Source: an uncultured Alphaproteobacteria bacterium
Lineage (GTDB): Bacteria; Pseudomonadota; Alphaproteobacteria; Rhizobiales; Beijerinckiaceae
Reading direction: 5' to 3'
Assembly: GCA_963723285.1 (NCBI GenBank)
Contig: CAVRQD010000006.1
Location: 14,196-78,195 of the forward strand
DNA length: 64,000 bases
Part shown: one piece after another, positions 29,120 to 40,465 of the stretch
Position numbering within the stretch: the stretch's first letter is position 1
Layout: each line of letters starts with the position of its first letter
Notes under the pieces: generated by a model
Database searches by the model: none
Told to the model about the DNA's origin: nothing
Seen by the model: only the letters and a program-made list of their open reading frames with translations
Position numbers and translations under genes: made by a program

Positions 29120-29746
29120 ATGCAACGGCTTCTCGTTCTCGTGCGGCACGGCCAGAGCGAATGGAACCTCAGGAATTTTTTCACCGGCTGGAAGGACCCC
29201 GATCTCACCGAGGTCGGCATAGCCGAGGCGCGCGGCTGCGGCCGCGTGCTGAAGGCGGCGGGTTTGGGCTTTGACAAGGCCTACACCTCCGAGCTTGGCC
29301 GCGCCCAGAGAACCCTGACCCTGATTCTCGACGAACTCGGCGAGCCCAATCTGCCGACGGCCCGCGATCTGGCGCTGAACGAGCGCAATTATGGCGATCT
29401 GAGCGGCCTCAACAAGGATGAGGCACGGGCGAAATGGGGCGAGGAGCAGGTGCGTATCTGGCGCCGCTCTTATGACGTGCCGCCGCCGGGCGGGGAAAGC
29501 CTCAAGGATACGATCGCGCGCGTGCTGCCCTATTATTGTCAGGAGATCCTGCCGCGGGTGTTGCGGGGCGAGCGCACGATTGTCGTCGCACATGGCAATT
29601 CGCTGCGCGCGCTCATCATGGTGCTCGACAGATTGACGCGCGACACAATTCTCGGCGCCGAGATCGATACGGGCGCGGCGCTCGTTTACCATCTCAATCC
29701 GGATTCAACCGTTGAATCCAAACTGGTTCTCCTGCCGCAGCTTTAA
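29120..29746 (+). CDS. gpmA: 2,3-bisphosphoglycerate-dependent phosphoglycerate mutase
   Basis: [37 protein letters not shown]. Confidence 0.96.
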   Translation: MQRLLVLVRHGQSEWNLRNFFTGWKDPDLTEVGIAEARGCGRVLKAAGLGFDKAYTSELGRAQRTLTLILDELGEPNLPTARDLALNERNYGDLSGLNKDEARAKWGEEQVRIWRRSYDVPPPGGESLKDTIARVLPYYCQEILPRVLRGERTIVVAHGNSLRALIMVLDRLTRDTILGAEIDTGAALVYHLNPDSTVESKLVLLPQL

Positions 29747-29983
29747 AGCATCGGACCGAAAAGTACGGTCTTATCGCGTAAACGCCGGAAGACATTTCCA
29801 AGAAGGAAATCCTGGCTCATTGCGTTCTCGTTTCTGAGAAGACATTTATATCGAAAAGAAGTGCGGGTTCAACGAAACGAAAGCAAGCATCGCGAATAAG
29901 TTTACGAAGGCGACAATGACGGCGGCTTTCTTTCTGGCCGCCGTAGCGGTCATGGGGCAATAGATGGTCGATATCAGCGATAT

Positions 29984-30703
29984 TTAGCGCGGGATCGGCG
30001 TTCGATTTTTTGTCGGAATAGATTGTAGGATGAAAGGATATAGATTGGCCATGTCGAGTGTGCCGTGAGGAACTTTAGTTGCGCCATCTCTTTCGTCTAC
30101 AAGTTCGGAGAACCATCCTCCTTGCTGCCAATGAACATCGATCCAATAAGTCCTCCCGCGTATACAATTTTCGCATGACACTCCTATCGAACCAAAAAGA
30201 TGCGATCCTGCTGGAATCAAGCTAGCTACCCCGCTGAAAAGATCGTTCACCTGAGATTGGCCCGGATGAATAAAATCTGCACCGTTTCCAAGAATGGGAA
30301 GCGGTTCATAGTGGTTGGTAGCATCTAGATTGAATATCGCGACTGCATATCTCACAACATTAGCTGTATAATTGCCGACGTTTTTCATCTTAATGTCTGG
30401 TTGAAGAGCATTAATAACTTCGATTTTTATATCCGGAACGTCTTCTTGAGACAAATAATCATATAAATAATATAAGCCTATACTCGACAATAATAATCCA
30501 ACACATGTCGCTCCAAATATATCTATAGCCTCTTTGAAAATATCGCTTGCAACATCCCAAGCCGCTAAGACGGCAAAAAACCAAGCTAACCACAGCATCC
30601 ACAAAACATCGTGTTTCACGGCCGGGATAACCACGAAAACGATGCTGAGAGCGCCCCATAATAAGGGATTGCGGAGCGCAGAACGAAAGTCAGAAGGGCG
30701 CAT
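29984..30703 (-). CDS. Low-GC hypothetical membrane-anchored protein (ORFan)
   Basis: 239-aa ORF in an AT-rich block; N-terminal TM segments and a beta-rich C-terminal domain. Confidence 0.75.
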   Translation of the reverse strand: MRPSDFRSALRNPLLWGALSIVFVVIPAVKHDVLWMLWLAWFFAVLAAWDVASDIFKEAIDIFGATCVGLLLSSIGLYYLYDYLSQEDVPDIKIEVINALQPDIKMKNVGNYTANVVRYAVAIFNLDATNHYEPLPILGNGADFIHPGQSQVNDLFSGVASLIPAGSHLFGSIGVSCENCIRGRTYWIDVHWQQGGWFSELVDERDGATKVPHGTLDMANLYPFILQSIPTKNRTPIPR

Positions 30704-30859
30704 TCTTCAAGGAATGAGCCTATTACTAATAGAGTGCAACAGATGTTGCTTCCCGCGTTTGCGCTATAAGACCGAAAAATGCGTATGTTCCCGGATTGCG
30801 CGGGCGGCGCCTCATTCTAATGTCGCCTTGCGGCCCGCGCGCCGATTCAAGGGACGATC

Positions 30860-31231
30860 ATGCTGAAATTCACCGGCGCCCACGAATGGCTCAAACTTGA
30901 TGGCGAAGTCGCCGTCGTCGGCATTACCCGTCACGCCGCCGGGCAGATGGGCGATCTCGTCTTCGTCGAACTGCCCAAGGTCGGCACGAATTTGAAGACA
31001 GGCGACCGCGCCGCCATTCTCGAATCGATCAAGGCCACCGCCGACATCCGCGCCCCGGTCGGCGGCGAGGTCATCGAAATCAACGAGGATGTCGTTGCCG
31101 ATCCGCCGCGCGTCGGAGCCGATCCGCAAGGCGGGGGCTGGCTCTATCGCCTGCGCGTCGATGATGTGGCGGCAGTGAACGCGCTGATGGACGAAGCCGC
31201 CTATCGCCATTTTCTCGGCGCGGCCGCCTAG
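30860..31231 (+). CDS. gcvH: Glycine cleavage H-like lipoyl carrier (orphan, divergent)
   Basis: [22 protein letters not shown] with lipoyl Lys, [11 protein letters not shown]. Confidence 0.85.
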   Translation: MLKFTGAHEWLKLDGEVAVVGITRHAAGQMGDLVFVELPKVGTNLKTGDRAAILESIKATADIRAPVGGEVIEINEDVVADPPRVGADPQGGGWLYRLRVDDVAAVNALMDEAAYRHFLGAAA

Positions 31232-31236
31232 TGCGG

Positions 31237-31869
31237 ATGACGCTTTTCAAGGGAGCGCGGGAGACTTTCGCCGACGGGCTCATTTATGCGCCCGGCTATC
31301 TCGACGCGCGCGAGCAGGACGCGTTGTTGGCGGCCGTCGAAGCGGCGATCGCATCGGCGCCGCTGTTCCAGCCGCGAATGCCGCGCACCGGCAAGCCCTT
31401 TTCGGTGAAGATGACCAATTGCGGTCCGCTCGGCTGGGTGTCGGATCAAGAGCGCGGCTATCGCTATCAGGCGACGCATCCCGAAACCGGGCGGCCCTGG
31501 CCGGCGATCCCGGCGCTGGCGCTGCGCGCGTGGGAAGAGCTGGGCACCTATCCGCATCCACCGGAGGCGTGTCTCGTCAATGTCTACGGACCGGAGGCGC
31601 GCATGGGGTTGCATCAGGATCGCGACGAGGCGGATTTGGTAGCACCCGTGGTCTCTTTGTCGCTCGGGGCCTCCTGCATCTTCCGCTGGGGGCCGGCGCG
31701 CAGCGGCAAGACGCAATCTCTTGAGCTTGCGTCGGGCGATGCACTGGTCCTCGCCGGGGCGGCGCGCCTTGCCTATCACGGCGTCGCAGGGATTTTGCCG
31801 GGCACATCAGATCTACTTGGCGGTGACCGCATCAATCTCACGCTGCGGCGGGTGACGCGGACGCGTTGA
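31237..31869 (+). CDS. alkB: AlkB-family 2OG-Fe(II) dioxygenase
   Basis: MTNCGPLGWVSD, GLHQDRDE (HxD), YHGV, RINLTLR. Confidence 0.92.
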   Translation: MTLFKGARETFADGLIYAPGYLDAREQDALLAAVEAAIASAPLFQPRMPRTGKPFSVKMTNCGPLGWVSDQERGYRYQATHPETGRPWPAIPALALRAWEELGTYPHPPEACLVNVYGPEARMGLHQDRDEADLVAPVVSLSLGASCIFRWGPARSGKTQSLELASGDALVLAGAARLAYHGVAGILPGTSDLLGGDRINLTLRRVTRTR

Positions 31870-31873
31870 GGTT

Positions 31874-32467
31874 TCAGCCGGCAGACTTGGTGCCGCCGCG
31901 CGAAATACCGACCTTGGCCGGCCGCAGCATACGCTCGCCGATCGTGTAGCCATCCTCGACGATCTTGACGACAGTTCCGTTCGGCACGGATTCGTCCGGC
32001 ACTTCGTAAAGCGCCTCGTGGAGATTGGGGTCGAATTTGCAGCCGAGCGGCTCCATCTTCTTGGCGCCGTGGCGCGCGAGACGGGAGATAAAATCGCGTT
32101 CGATCACTTCGATGCCGCTGACGAACGCCTTGACCGCCGGGTCGGCGTTCTTGCGCAATTCGTCGGGAATGTTCTCCACCGCGCGCCGCAGATTGTCGGC
32201 AAAGCTCAGCATGTCGCGGGCGAAACTCGAAACGCCATAGAGCTTGGCGTCGGCCACTTCCTTGTCGGTGCGGCGGCGCAGATTCTCTATCTCTGCGAGA
32301 GTACGCAGAAGCCTGTCCTTAAGCTCGCCGTTCTCGCGCTGGAGGCTTTGCAGAACGGCAAACGGATCCGGCGTGTTTTCGGCGGTCGGCGTCGCGCCGT
32401 CCGCGGCCGGCGTCGCATTCGTTTCAGGCAATGTTTCGTCGGGCATGGTCAATCCGCTGGTCGTCAT
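31874..32467 (-). CDS. grpE: Nucleotide exchange factor GrpE
   Basis: LRTLAEIENLRRRT, FDPNLHEAL, GYTIGERMLRPAKV. Confidence 0.97.
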   Translation of the reverse strand: MTTSGLTMPDETLPETNATPAADGATPTAENTPDPFAVLQSLQRENGELKDRLLRTLAEIENLRRRTDKEVADAKLYGVSSFARDMLSFADNLRRAVENIPDELRKNADPAVKAFVSGIEVIERDFISRLARHGAKKMEPLGCKFDPNLHEALYEVPDESVPNGTVVKIVEDGYTIGERMLRPAKVGISRGGTKSAG

Positions 32468-32515
32468 GTGTCGTGAAGGGAATTACTGCCGATATCAGGG
32501 TTCGCGCCTAGAAAA

Positions 32516-35347
32516 TCAAGCCACGGCGGTGCCTTTGCCGCCCGTGCCGGCTTTTGCCACCGCCTGCTCCGGGAAGGCGGTGAGAAGCTTCTGCCGGATA
32601 GCGGCCTTGCGGCCGCTCGTCGTGATTTTGGCGCCGGTGAGATCGGTGACATAGAAAACGTCAGCCGCCTTTTCGCCGAAGGTCACGATATGCGCCGAGG
32701 CGATGTTGAGGTTCAACTGCGAGAGAATGTCGGTGATCGCATAGAGCAGGCCCGTCCGGTCGCGGCCGGACACTTCGATGACGGTATAGCGGTTCGACAA
32801 TTCATTATCGATCGAGACTTGCGCCGGCACGTCGAAGGGCGTGTCTTTCGCCGCCGCCGCGTGCTTGGCGGCGACGATCTCGGCGAGATGAATTTGGCCG
32901 CGCAAGGCCTGCTCGATGGCGAACGCGATCCGCTCGCCGCGACGGATCTCGTCCTCGTCGCGGTCGAAGGTGCGGGAGACGTAGAAGGTGTCAATGGCCA
33001 GCCCGTCGGTACTGGTGAAAATCTGCGCATCGACGATATTGGCACCGGCCGCGGCGCAGGCTCCGGCGACGATCGCGAGCAGGCGCGGATGGTCGATCGC
33101 GATCAGCGTGATCTCGGTCACGCCGCGGAAGGCGTCTGTCTGAATATCGATGATCGGCTCGGGCAGGTCGATCTCGGTCCGGTTGAGAAGCTGGGCGTGG
33201 CGGATTTTGTGCGGCAGGTCGACACGCAGCCAATAGGCCTGCGTATGGCGGGCGGCGTAGGCCTCGAAATCGGCATTGGTCCAGTTCGGCAATTGCGCCC
33301 GCAATTCGGCCTTGGCCTTTTGGATGCGCTCGGTGCGCTCGGTCTTGGTATGGCCGCCGCCGAGCACGATCTGCGTTTCGAGAAAGAGCATGCGCAGTAA
33401 TTCGCCCTTCCAGCCGTTCCACACGCCCGGGCCAACCGCCTGGATGTCGCAGACGGTGAGGACGAAAAGCATTTTGAGCCGTTCGATGCTCTGCACGCGG
33501 GCGGCGAAGGTTTCGATCGTGCGTTGATCCGCAAGGTCACGGCGCTGCGCTGTGTCGGACATGACGAGATGGTTCTCGATCAGCCAGGCGACAGTTTCGG
33601 TCTCCGCCGGCGTCAGGCCGAGCCGCGGGCAAAGATGCCGCGCGACGGCGGCACCGGCGATCGAATGATCCTCCGTCCGTCCCTTCGCGATATCATGCAG
33701 GAAAACCGCGACATAGAGCGCGCGCCGCTTCTCGATGGAGGACATGATCGTCTTGGTCAGCGGCAGGTCGTCGCGATGGCGCTGGGCGTCGATATCGGCA
33801 AGGTGGCCGACGGCGCGCAGCAGATGCTCGTCCACCGTGTAATGATGATACATGTTGAATTGCATCATCGCGACGATGCGGCCGAACGGCGGAATGAAGC
33901 GGCCCAGCACGCCCGCCTCGTTCATCAGCCGCAGCACCACTTCCGGCGAATTGCGCGACGAGAGCACGTCGAGGAAGAGTTGATTCGTCTCCGGGTCGTC
34001 GCGCAGATTGGCATCGATCAGGTGAAGCCGCGAGATGGCGAGATGCATCAGGTCGGGATGCAGTGCGACGCCGTAGCGATCGGCGAGCCAGAACATCCGG
34101 ATCATATTGACCGGATCATGATCGAGCACATCGGGGCGCCCCGCCTTCAGGCGGCCGTTCTCAATGAGGAAGCCGAATTCCTTGATCAGCTTGTCCTGGC
34201 GGCGCACCCGGATATGGAAGCGGTCGAGCACGGCGGCGGGCTTGGCGTGGCGCTCTTCCAGCGCCGCGCTCAGCACGGCGGTCAGATCGCCGACTTCCTT
34301 GGCGATCAGGAAGTAATGCTTCATGAACCGCTCGACGCCGGAGAGGCCGCCGCGCCCGGCATAGCCGAGCCGTTCCGCGATCGGCCGCTGCAGATCGAAG
34401 CTCAGAATTTCCTCCGCCCGGCCGGTGATGAAATGCAGATGGCAGCGCACGCGCCATAAGAATTCTTCGCAGCGGCAGAAGAGGCGGTATTCGCGCCGCG
34501 TGAACAGGCCGGCTTCGACGAGATCGGAGGCTTGCCGCACGCGATAGACATATTTGGCGATCCAGAACAACGAATTGAGATCGCGCAGGCCGCCCTTGCC
34601 TTCCTTGACATTGGGTTCGACGAGATAGCGCGACTGGCCCGCCTTGGAGATGCGGGCGTCGCGCTCTTCCAGCTTGGCGACGACGAAGTCGCGGGGGCTC
34701 CGCTGGACGATCTCCTTGTCGAAGCGCCGGCACATATCGTCGAAGAGCTTCTCGTCGCCGAGGATGAAGCGCGCTTCGAGCAGGGCCGTGCGGATCGTCA
34801 TGTCGCGCCGCGATTGGACGAGACATTCCTCGACCGAGCGCGTCGAATGGCCGACCTTCTGCTTCAAGTCCCAGAGCAGATAGAGCATCGACTCGGTGAT
34901 GCGCTTGCCCCAGGGATCTTCGGCCGACGGCAGCAGGAACAGAAGATCGATGTCGGAGCCGGGCGCGAGTGTTGCACGGCCATAGCCGCCGACCGCGGCG
35001 ACGACGAGGCGCGGCGCGTTCGCATCGGGCGCCGGATAGAGATAGGTGACCGAAAAATCGTAAAGCGCGCGGATCAGTTCGTCCTCGAGCTTGGAGAGAT
35101 TGCTGGCGCAGGGGAGGCCGCCGCCGGAGGCGAACAAGACTTCCCGCGCGCGTTCGCGGCCGGCGTCGAGCTCGGCGCGGAAGAGTTCAAGCGCCTGTTT
35201 TCGCAAGTCGTCGCTGGTCAGGCCCTCGGCATATGCCTTGGCGATCTGCGCCGCGACCTTGGCGCGGTCGAAGAGTTGCGTCAGGGGGAGCGCCGTGACG
35301 TGCCGGCGCGGCTTTTCCACGGGCGGGGCGAGTTCGTCGAGGCTCAT
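32516..35347 (-). CDS. glnD: [Protein-PII] uridylyltransferase
   Basis: [31 protein letters not shown] domain [15 protein letters not shown], two ACT domains. Confidence 0.98.
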   Translation of the reverse strand: MSLDELAPPVEKPRRHVTALPLTQLFDRAKVAAQIAKAYAEGLTSDDLRKQALELFRAELDAGRERAREVLFASGGGLPCASNLSKLEDELIRALYDFSVTYLYPAPDANAPRLVVAAVGGYGRATLAPGSDIDLLFLLPSAEDPWGKRITESMLYLLWDLKQKVGHSTRSVEECLVQSRRDMTIRTALLEARFILGDEKLFDDMCRRFDKEIVQRSPRDFVVAKLEERDARISKAGQSRYLVEPNVKEGKGGLRDLNSLFWIAKYVYRVRQASDLVEAGLFTRREYRLFCRCEEFLWRVRCHLHFITGRAEEILSFDLQRPIAERLGYAGRGGLSGVERFMKHYFLIAKEVGDLTAVLSAALEERHAKPAAVLDRFHIRVRRQDKLIKEFGFLIENGRLKAGRPDVLDHDPVNMIRMFWLADRYGVALHPDLMHLAISRLHLIDANLRDDPETNQLFLDVLSSRNSPEVVLRLMNEAGVLGRFIPPFGRIVAMMQFNMYHHYTVDEHLLRAVGHLADIDAQRHRDDLPLTKTIMSSIEKRRALYVAVFLHDIAKGRTEDHSIAGAAVARHLCPRLGLTPAETETVAWLIENHLVMSDTAQRRDLADQRTIETFAARVQSIERLKMLFVLTVCDIQAVGPGVWNGWKGELLRMLFLETQIVLGGGHTKTERTERIQKAKAELRAQLPNWTNADFEAYAARHTQAYWLRVDLPHKIRHAQLLNRTEIDLPEPIIDIQTDAFRGVTEITLIAIDHPRLLAIVAGACAAAGANIVDAQIFTSTDGLAIDTFYVSRTFDRDEDEIRRGERIAFAIEQALRGQIHLAEIVAAKHAAAAKDTPFDVPAQVSIDNELSNRYTVIEVSGRDRTGLLYAITDILSQLNLNIASAHIVTFGEKAADVFYVTDLTGAKITTSGRKAAIRQKLLTAFPEQAVAKAGTGGKGTAVA

Positions 35348-36309
35348 GCGCGGGTTTCCTGCCGCCTGTCGCGGAGCTTGGCCTCGATCGCGTCCCAGAT
35401 GATCGCGGCGACATCCGGGCCGCCGGTCTTGGCGATGGCGCGGATTCCCGTCGGCGAGGTGACGTTGATTTCCGTCAGATAACCGTCGATCACATCGATC
35501 CCCACGAACAACAGGCCGCGGCGTTTCAGCTCCGGCCCGAGGGCGGCGCAAATTGCCTTTTCACGGGCGGTCAGTTCCGTCGCCGCCGCCGCCCCGCCGC
35601 GTACCATATTGGCACGAATGTCGTTTTCCGCCGGCACCCGGTTCACCGCGCCGGCCGCGACGCCGTCGGCCAGGATAATGCGTTTATCGCCCTTTGCGAT
35701 CTGCGGCAAAAACTCTTGCGCCACCCAGGGTTCTTTGAAGGTGGCGGCGAAAAGGTCGTAGAGCGAGCCGAAATTGGGGTCTTTGCGGCTGAGTTTGAAC
35801 ACCGCCGCGCCGCCATGCCCGTAAAGCGGCTTGACCACGATCTCGCCGTGCTCCTCGAGAAAGGCGGCAATGGCCGCCTTGTCGCGGCTGATCAGGGTCG
35901 CCGGCATGAACTCAGCGAATTCCATCACGAACAGCTTTTCCGGCGCGTTCCGCACCGCGGCCGGGTCGTTCACGACCAACACGCGCGGCGGCAAATGCTC
36001 GAGCAGATGGGTCGAGGTGATATAACCGAGGTCGAATGGCGGATCCTGCCGCAAAAGCACGACGTCGACCCCGGCAAGCTCCAGAAACTCCGGCTTTTGC
36101 AGGGTAAAATAGTCGCCGGGCCGGTCCCGCACGGCGATTTTCGCCGCCTGGGCGGTGATGCCGCGGGCGCTCCAGGTCAGCTTCTCGGGCGTGTAATGGT
36201 AGAGGGTATGGCCGCGCTTCTCCGCCTCCAGCATCAGGGCAAAGGTCGAATCCCCGGCGAAATTGATCTTCTCGACCGGGTCCATCTGGACCGCGACGGC
36301 GAGGGACAT
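35344..36309 (-). CDS. gshB: Glutathione synthetase
   Basis: [40 protein letters not shown]. Confidence 0.98.
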   Translation of the reverse strand: MSLAVAVQMDPVEKINFAGDSTFALMLEAEKRGHTLYHYTPEKLTWSARGITAQAAKIAVRDRPGDYFTLQKPEFLELAGVDVVLLRQDPPFDLGYITSTHLLEHLPPRVLVVNDPAAVRNAPEKLFVMEFAEFMPATLISRDKAAIAAFLEEHGEIVVKPLYGHGGAAVFKLSRKDPNFGSLYDLFAATFKEPWVAQEFLPQIAKGDKRIILADGVAAGAVNRVPAENDIRANMVRGGAAAATELTAREKAICAALGPELKRRGLLFVGIDVIDGYLTEINVTSPTGIRAIAKTGGPDVAAIIWDAIEAKLRDRRQETRA

Positions 36310-36474
36310 GGCGGCTCCTTCTGCGGTTGCCGGGTCTTAGCGCGCTTTCCGGGCGGAGGGAATCCTGCTCTGGCACCCGGAAGCGGCAAAAATCTGGGGG
36401 CGCTGGACCCTGCGTTAACTTCCCATGAAGCGCACCCGGCATATTGTCCGCAAAGATGCTGCAGAGGCGAATTC

Positions 36475-37800
36475 ATGGGTAATCTCTCAATTGGCCGAAG
36501 CTTGGTTCTGAGGCAATTCCTTTATATTGGCCTTCTGATCGTTCTCAGCATCGTGGCCTATTGGGCCTCGGTCGAGGTGCGCGATCTGGCACATGCCATT
36601 GTCAATGCCGACCCCCGCACGGCGCATCTTGAGGCCATCGAGCTCGATCGTGAGGCGACGGTGCTCAGCCGCGATCTGCTCTATGGCTCGGCGTTCGGCT
36701 GCCTGCTCGTCCTGCTGGTCTCGACGCCTGTCGCCTATTTCACCATCGCCAAGCCCGTCGATCTGCTGGCTAAGCAGATGTCGGCGCTCGCCGCCGGCAA
36801 TGTCGATATCGCGATCGAGGGCACCGAGCGCAAGGACGAGATCGGCGTCACCTCCCGGGCGCTGAGCGTCCTGCGCGATGCGGTGCGGAAAAACAATGAA
36901 CTAGCGGCCGAAATTCGCGACCGCGAGAACCGCGAGCAGCGCCTCGTCCGCGAGGCGGCGATCCGCGAAAAGGTGCAAAAGTTTTCCGCCGAGCTGTCGA
37001 CGAGCGTCTCCCGTCTCACCGAGATGACGAAGCACATGGCGAGCGCCTCGCGGGAAATGATCGAAGGCGCCCGTAATGCCGCCGAGGGCTCATCGCAAGC
37101 CAAGGTCGCTTCCTCCAACGCCGCCGGCGATGTCTCGTCCGTGGCCGTCGCCTCCGAGGAATTGCTAGCCTCGATCGAGGAGATCAGCCGCCAGGTCGTC
37201 CAATCGACCACCGTCGTCAAGCGCGCGGTGTCCGAAAGCATCGAGACGTCGAGCGGCATGGCACGCCTCACCGACGCGGCCCGCCGTGTCGGCGATATTG
37301 TCAGCCTCATTTCGCGGATCGCGGCGCAGACCAATCTGCTCGCCCTCAATGCGACGATCGAGGCGGCCCGCGCCGGCGAGGCCGGCCGTGGCTTCGCGGT
37401 CGTCGCCCAGGAGGTCAAGACGCTCGCGACCCAGACGGCGCGGGCGACGCAAGATATTTCCGGCCAGATCGCCGATATGCAGGCGGCGACGGAAAGCTCG
37501 GTCACCGCGATCGACACGATCCAGACCAAGATCGGAGAGATCGAGCAGATTTCCGCGATCATCGCCTCCGCGGTGCAGGAGCAAGGCGCCTCGACGCATG
37601 AGATCGCCCGCAACGTGCGCTCCGCCGCCTCCGGAACGTCCGCGACCTCGACCTATGTGGAGGATGTCGCCAGAGCCGCCGCCATCACCAGCCAGCATGC
37701 CGAATCCATGGTTCGGCTGGCGAGCGATCTCGATGAACTCGCGGCGTGCGTCCTGGCCGACGTGTGCGCCTTTGGCGACGCGCTGCGCGAAGCGGCCTAA
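36475..37800 (+). CDS. Methyl-accepting chemotaxis protein
   Basis: Two TM segments, HAMP domain, [30 protein letters not shown]. Confidence 0.96.
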   Translation: MGNLSIGRSLVLRQFLYIGLLIVLSIVAYWASVEVRDLAHAIVNADPRTAHLEAIELDREATVLSRDLLYGSAFGCLLVLLVSTPVAYFTIAKPVDLLAKQMSALAAGNVDIAIEGTERKDEIGVTSRALSVLRDAVRKNNELAAEIRDRENREQRLVREAAIREKVQKFSAELSTSVSRLTEMTKHMASASREMIEGARNAAEGSSQAKVASSNAAGDVSSVAVASEELLASIEEISRQVVQSTTVVKRAVSESIETSSGMARLTDAARRVGDIVSLISRIAAQTNLLALNATIEAARAGEAGRGFAVVAQEVKTLATQTARATQDISGQIADMQAATESSVTAIDTIQTKIGEIEQISAIIASAVQEQGASTHEIARNVRSAASGTSATSTYVEDVARAAAITSQHAESMVRLASDLDELAACVLADVCAFGDALREAA

Positions 37801-37895
37801 TTGCCATCTCCCCGGGCGGTGCGCGGGGAAGGTCTGCGATCGCGAGGTGATGATTCCGGATTGACTTGGTCCGCGATCCCCGCGAACTAGGCGCC

Positions 37896-38717
37896 ATGAA
37901 AATTAGCCTGATCCAGATGAATTCCGGCCAGGACAAGGCGGCGAATATCGCTGCCGCCGCGGCGCTCATCGAACAGGCCGTGGCTGAGGAGCGGCCGGAT
38001 TGGGTCGGCCTGCCGGAATGTTTCGATTTTCTCGGCGGCCAGCGCGCCGATAAGCAGGAGGCGGCCGAAATCCTCGGCGAGGGGCCGGCCTATCGCGCCA
38101 TGCAGGAACTGGCGCGCCGGCACCGCATCTTCATCCATGCTGGCTCGATCCTCGAAAAAATTCCCGGCGAGAATCGCATCCACAACACGACCGTCGTCTT
38201 CGATCGCGACGGCAATGAGATCGCCCGCTATCGCAAGATCCATATGTTCGACATTACCGCGCCGGACGGCACGCAATATCGTGAAAGCGCGTCGTTCAAG
38301 CCGGGCGAGGCCATCGCGACCTACAAGGCCGAGGACTTCACCTTCGGTTGCGCCATTTGCTACGATCTGCGCTTTCCCTGTCTCTTCGCCGCCTTGGCGG
38401 AAAAGGGCGCGGATGTCATCGCGCTGCCCGCGGCCTTCACGCTCGTTACCGGCAAGGACCATTGGGAGGTTCTCTGCCGCGCCCGCGCCATCGAGACCGA
38501 GACCTATTTTTGCGCACCCGCCCAGACCGGCCTGCATCAGGTCGGCAACGAATCCCGCGCGACCTACGGCCATTCGCTTGTCATCGACCCGTGGGGGCAC
38601 GTGATCGCCCGTGCCTCCGATGGTGTCGGCATCGTCTCGGCGCGGATCGCGCACCAGCGCGTCGAGAAAGTGCGCGCGCAAATTCCTGTCGCCGAGCATA
38701 AGGTCAAATTGAGATAA
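37896..38717 (+). CDS. Carbon-nitrogen hydrolase (Nit1-like)
   Basis: LPEC, YRKIHMFD, ICYDLRFP (E-K-C triad), RARAIE. Confidence 0.93.
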   Translation: MKISLIQMNSGQDKAANIAAAAALIEQAVAEERPDWVGLPECFDFLGGQRADKQEAAEILGEGPAYRAMQELARRHRIFIHAGSILEKIPGENRIHNTTVVFDRDGNEIARYRKIHMFDITAPDGTQYRESASFKPGEAIATYKAEDFTFGCAICYDLRFPCLFAALAEKGADVIALPAAFTLVTGKDHWEVLCRARAIETETYFCAPAQTGLHQVGNESRATYGHSLVIDPWGHVIARASDGVGIVSARIAHQRVEKVRAQIPVAEHKVKLR

Positions 38718-38738
38718 CTCTGGAAAAGGGGGGAGTGC

Positions 38739-40079
38739 GTGCGCCGTCTTTGGTATCACCGGGAACCAGGTACGGAGCGCGCACAGAAAAAGCCGCGGCC
38801 CGGCCTTCGCGCCCTCTTCAGCATCATCGGGCCCGGCTTCATCACCGGCGCCGCGGATGATGATCCCTCGGGCATCGCGACTTATTCGCAGACTGGCGCG
38901 CAATTCGGCTTCGGCCAGCTCTGGACCGCCCTCTATCAGGTGCCGCTGCTGCTCGCGGTGCAGGAATGCTGCGGCCGTATCGGCGCCGTTACCGGCAAGG
39001 GGCTCGCCGGCGTCGTCAAGGAGCATTACAGCCGCAACATCCTGCTCGCCATCGTGCTGCTCGTTCTGGCGGCGAATATCATCAATATCGGCGCCGACAT
39101 TGGCGCCGTCGCCGCCGCGGCGCGGCTCGTCTATCCGGCGCCGTTCTGGCTCTATGCGATCGGCACCGTCGTCGTTGTGACGTCGCTCGAAATTTGGGTC
39201 ACCTATCCGGCCTACGCCAATATTCTCAAATGGCTGGCTTTGACGCTGCTTGCCTATGTCGCGACGGCGCTCATGGTGGCCAACGATTGGGGCACGATTC
39301 TGCATGCCACCGTCATCCCGCATATCGAGTTCAATTTCGCCTTCCTCTTCATCATCACCGGCGTGTTTGGCACGTCGATCTCGCCTTACATGTTCTTCTG
39401 GCAGGCCTCGGAGGAGGTCGAGGAGGAAGAGGCGATCGCCGCGCGCGAGGGCAAGACGGGGCCGCTGTTGCCGCCGCATTTCATTTACAACATGCGCATC
39501 GACACGACAATCGGCATGGTCGCTTCGCAGCTTGTGCAATGGTTCATCATCATCACCACCGGCACCGTGCTCTTCGCCCACGGCGTAAAGAACATCAACA
39601 CCGCCGCCGATGCTGCCGCGGCGCTTGAACCATTGGTGCATTCCTTTCCGAATGCCGGGCAATTGGCGCGCGACATCTTCGCTTTTGGCATTATCGGCCT
39701 TGGTCTTCTCGCTATTCCCGTTCTCGCGGGTTCAGCCGCCTATGCCCTGGCCGAGGCGCTCGATTGGAAAGAGGGCCTGTCGAAAAAGTTCGGCGAGGCG
39801 CGGGGCTTCTACCAGATCATTATAGTCGCCACCCTGGTTGGCCTGGCGCTGAATTTCATCGGCATCGATCCGATGAAGGCGCTGGTCTATACCGCGGTTT
39901 TCAACGGCATTGCCGCTGCGCCGCTGCTCTTCGTCATCGCCAGATTGAACGGCCGGGCCGACATTCTCGGCGAATATCGCGGCGGCCCGCTGTCGCGCTT
40001 CTTCGTCTGGCTCGCCTTCGTCGTCATGGCGATCGCCGGCGCGGCGCTGATCTATACGACCCTACACGGCGGCGGCTGA
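38739..40079 (+). CDS. NRAMP-family divalent metal transporter (MntH-like subfamily)
   Basis: GPGFITGAADDDPSGIATYSQ, GTSISPYMFFWQ, about 11 TM segments. Confidence 0.93.
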   Translation: MRRLWYHREPGTERAQKKPRPGLRALFSIIGPGFITGAADDDPSGIATYSQTGAQFGFGQLWTALYQVPLLLAVQECCGRIGAVTGKGLAGVVKEHYSRNILLAIVLLVLAANIINIGADIGAVAAAARLVYPAPFWLYAIGTVVVVTSLEIWVTYPAYANILKWLALTLLAYVATALMVANDWGTILHATVIPHIEFNFAFLFIITGVFGTSISPYMFFWQASEEVEEEEAIAAREGKTGPLLPPHFIYNMRIDTTIGMVASQLVQWFIIITTGTVLFAHGVKNINTAADAAAALEPLVHSFPNAGQLARDIFAFGIIGLGLLAIPVLAGSAAYALAEALDWKEGLSKKFGEARGFYQIIIVATLVGLALNFIGIDPMKALVYTAVFNGIAAAPLLFVIARLNGRADILGEYRGGPLSRFFVWLAFVVMAIAGAALIYTTLHGGG

Positions 40080-40171
40080 TTTTCGGGCGATTGCTAAAAT
40101 TTTAGCGATCCCGAAAGAGGAAGATGAAGCGGCGCGAGCTACGACGTTACCATAAGTCAGGGGGAACGTTC

Positions 40172-40465
40172 ATGGCGCTCTATGCCGTCGGAATTGGGAC
40201 GTCACAATTTTACCGAGGGCCTGTTACGCAGGCCCCGACGCAGGATCGTCCCGTTGCGCAGCAGTCCCGCGACCTGTCCGATGCCGTGGCGGCGCTGCAG
40301 GCGCCGCAAATCCTGATGACAACTGTCCGCGCCAGCGCCGGCACGCAGATGGCGACGCTCTGCCTCGTCCAGCCAAGCGACACATCAAGCGAGGCCGGTT
40401 CGGCCTCGCCGGGCGGCGCATTGGACGGCGCGCTTGCCGCCTATGCGACCGTGCTGGCGGATTAG
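40172..40465 (+). CDS. Hypothetical protein
   Basis: RBS GGGGGA; 97 aa; converges on the next gene with a 4-bp overlap. Confidence 0.5.
   Translation: MALYAVGIGTSQFYRGPVTQAPTQDRPVAQQSRDLSDAVAALQAPQILMTTVRASAGTQMATLCLVQPSDTSSEAGSASPGGALDGALAAYATVLAD

Noticed and set aside
35716-36474. Long N-terminal extension of the MCP ORF (694 aa)
   Set aside because: It is antisense to gshB. The real start is ATG 36475.
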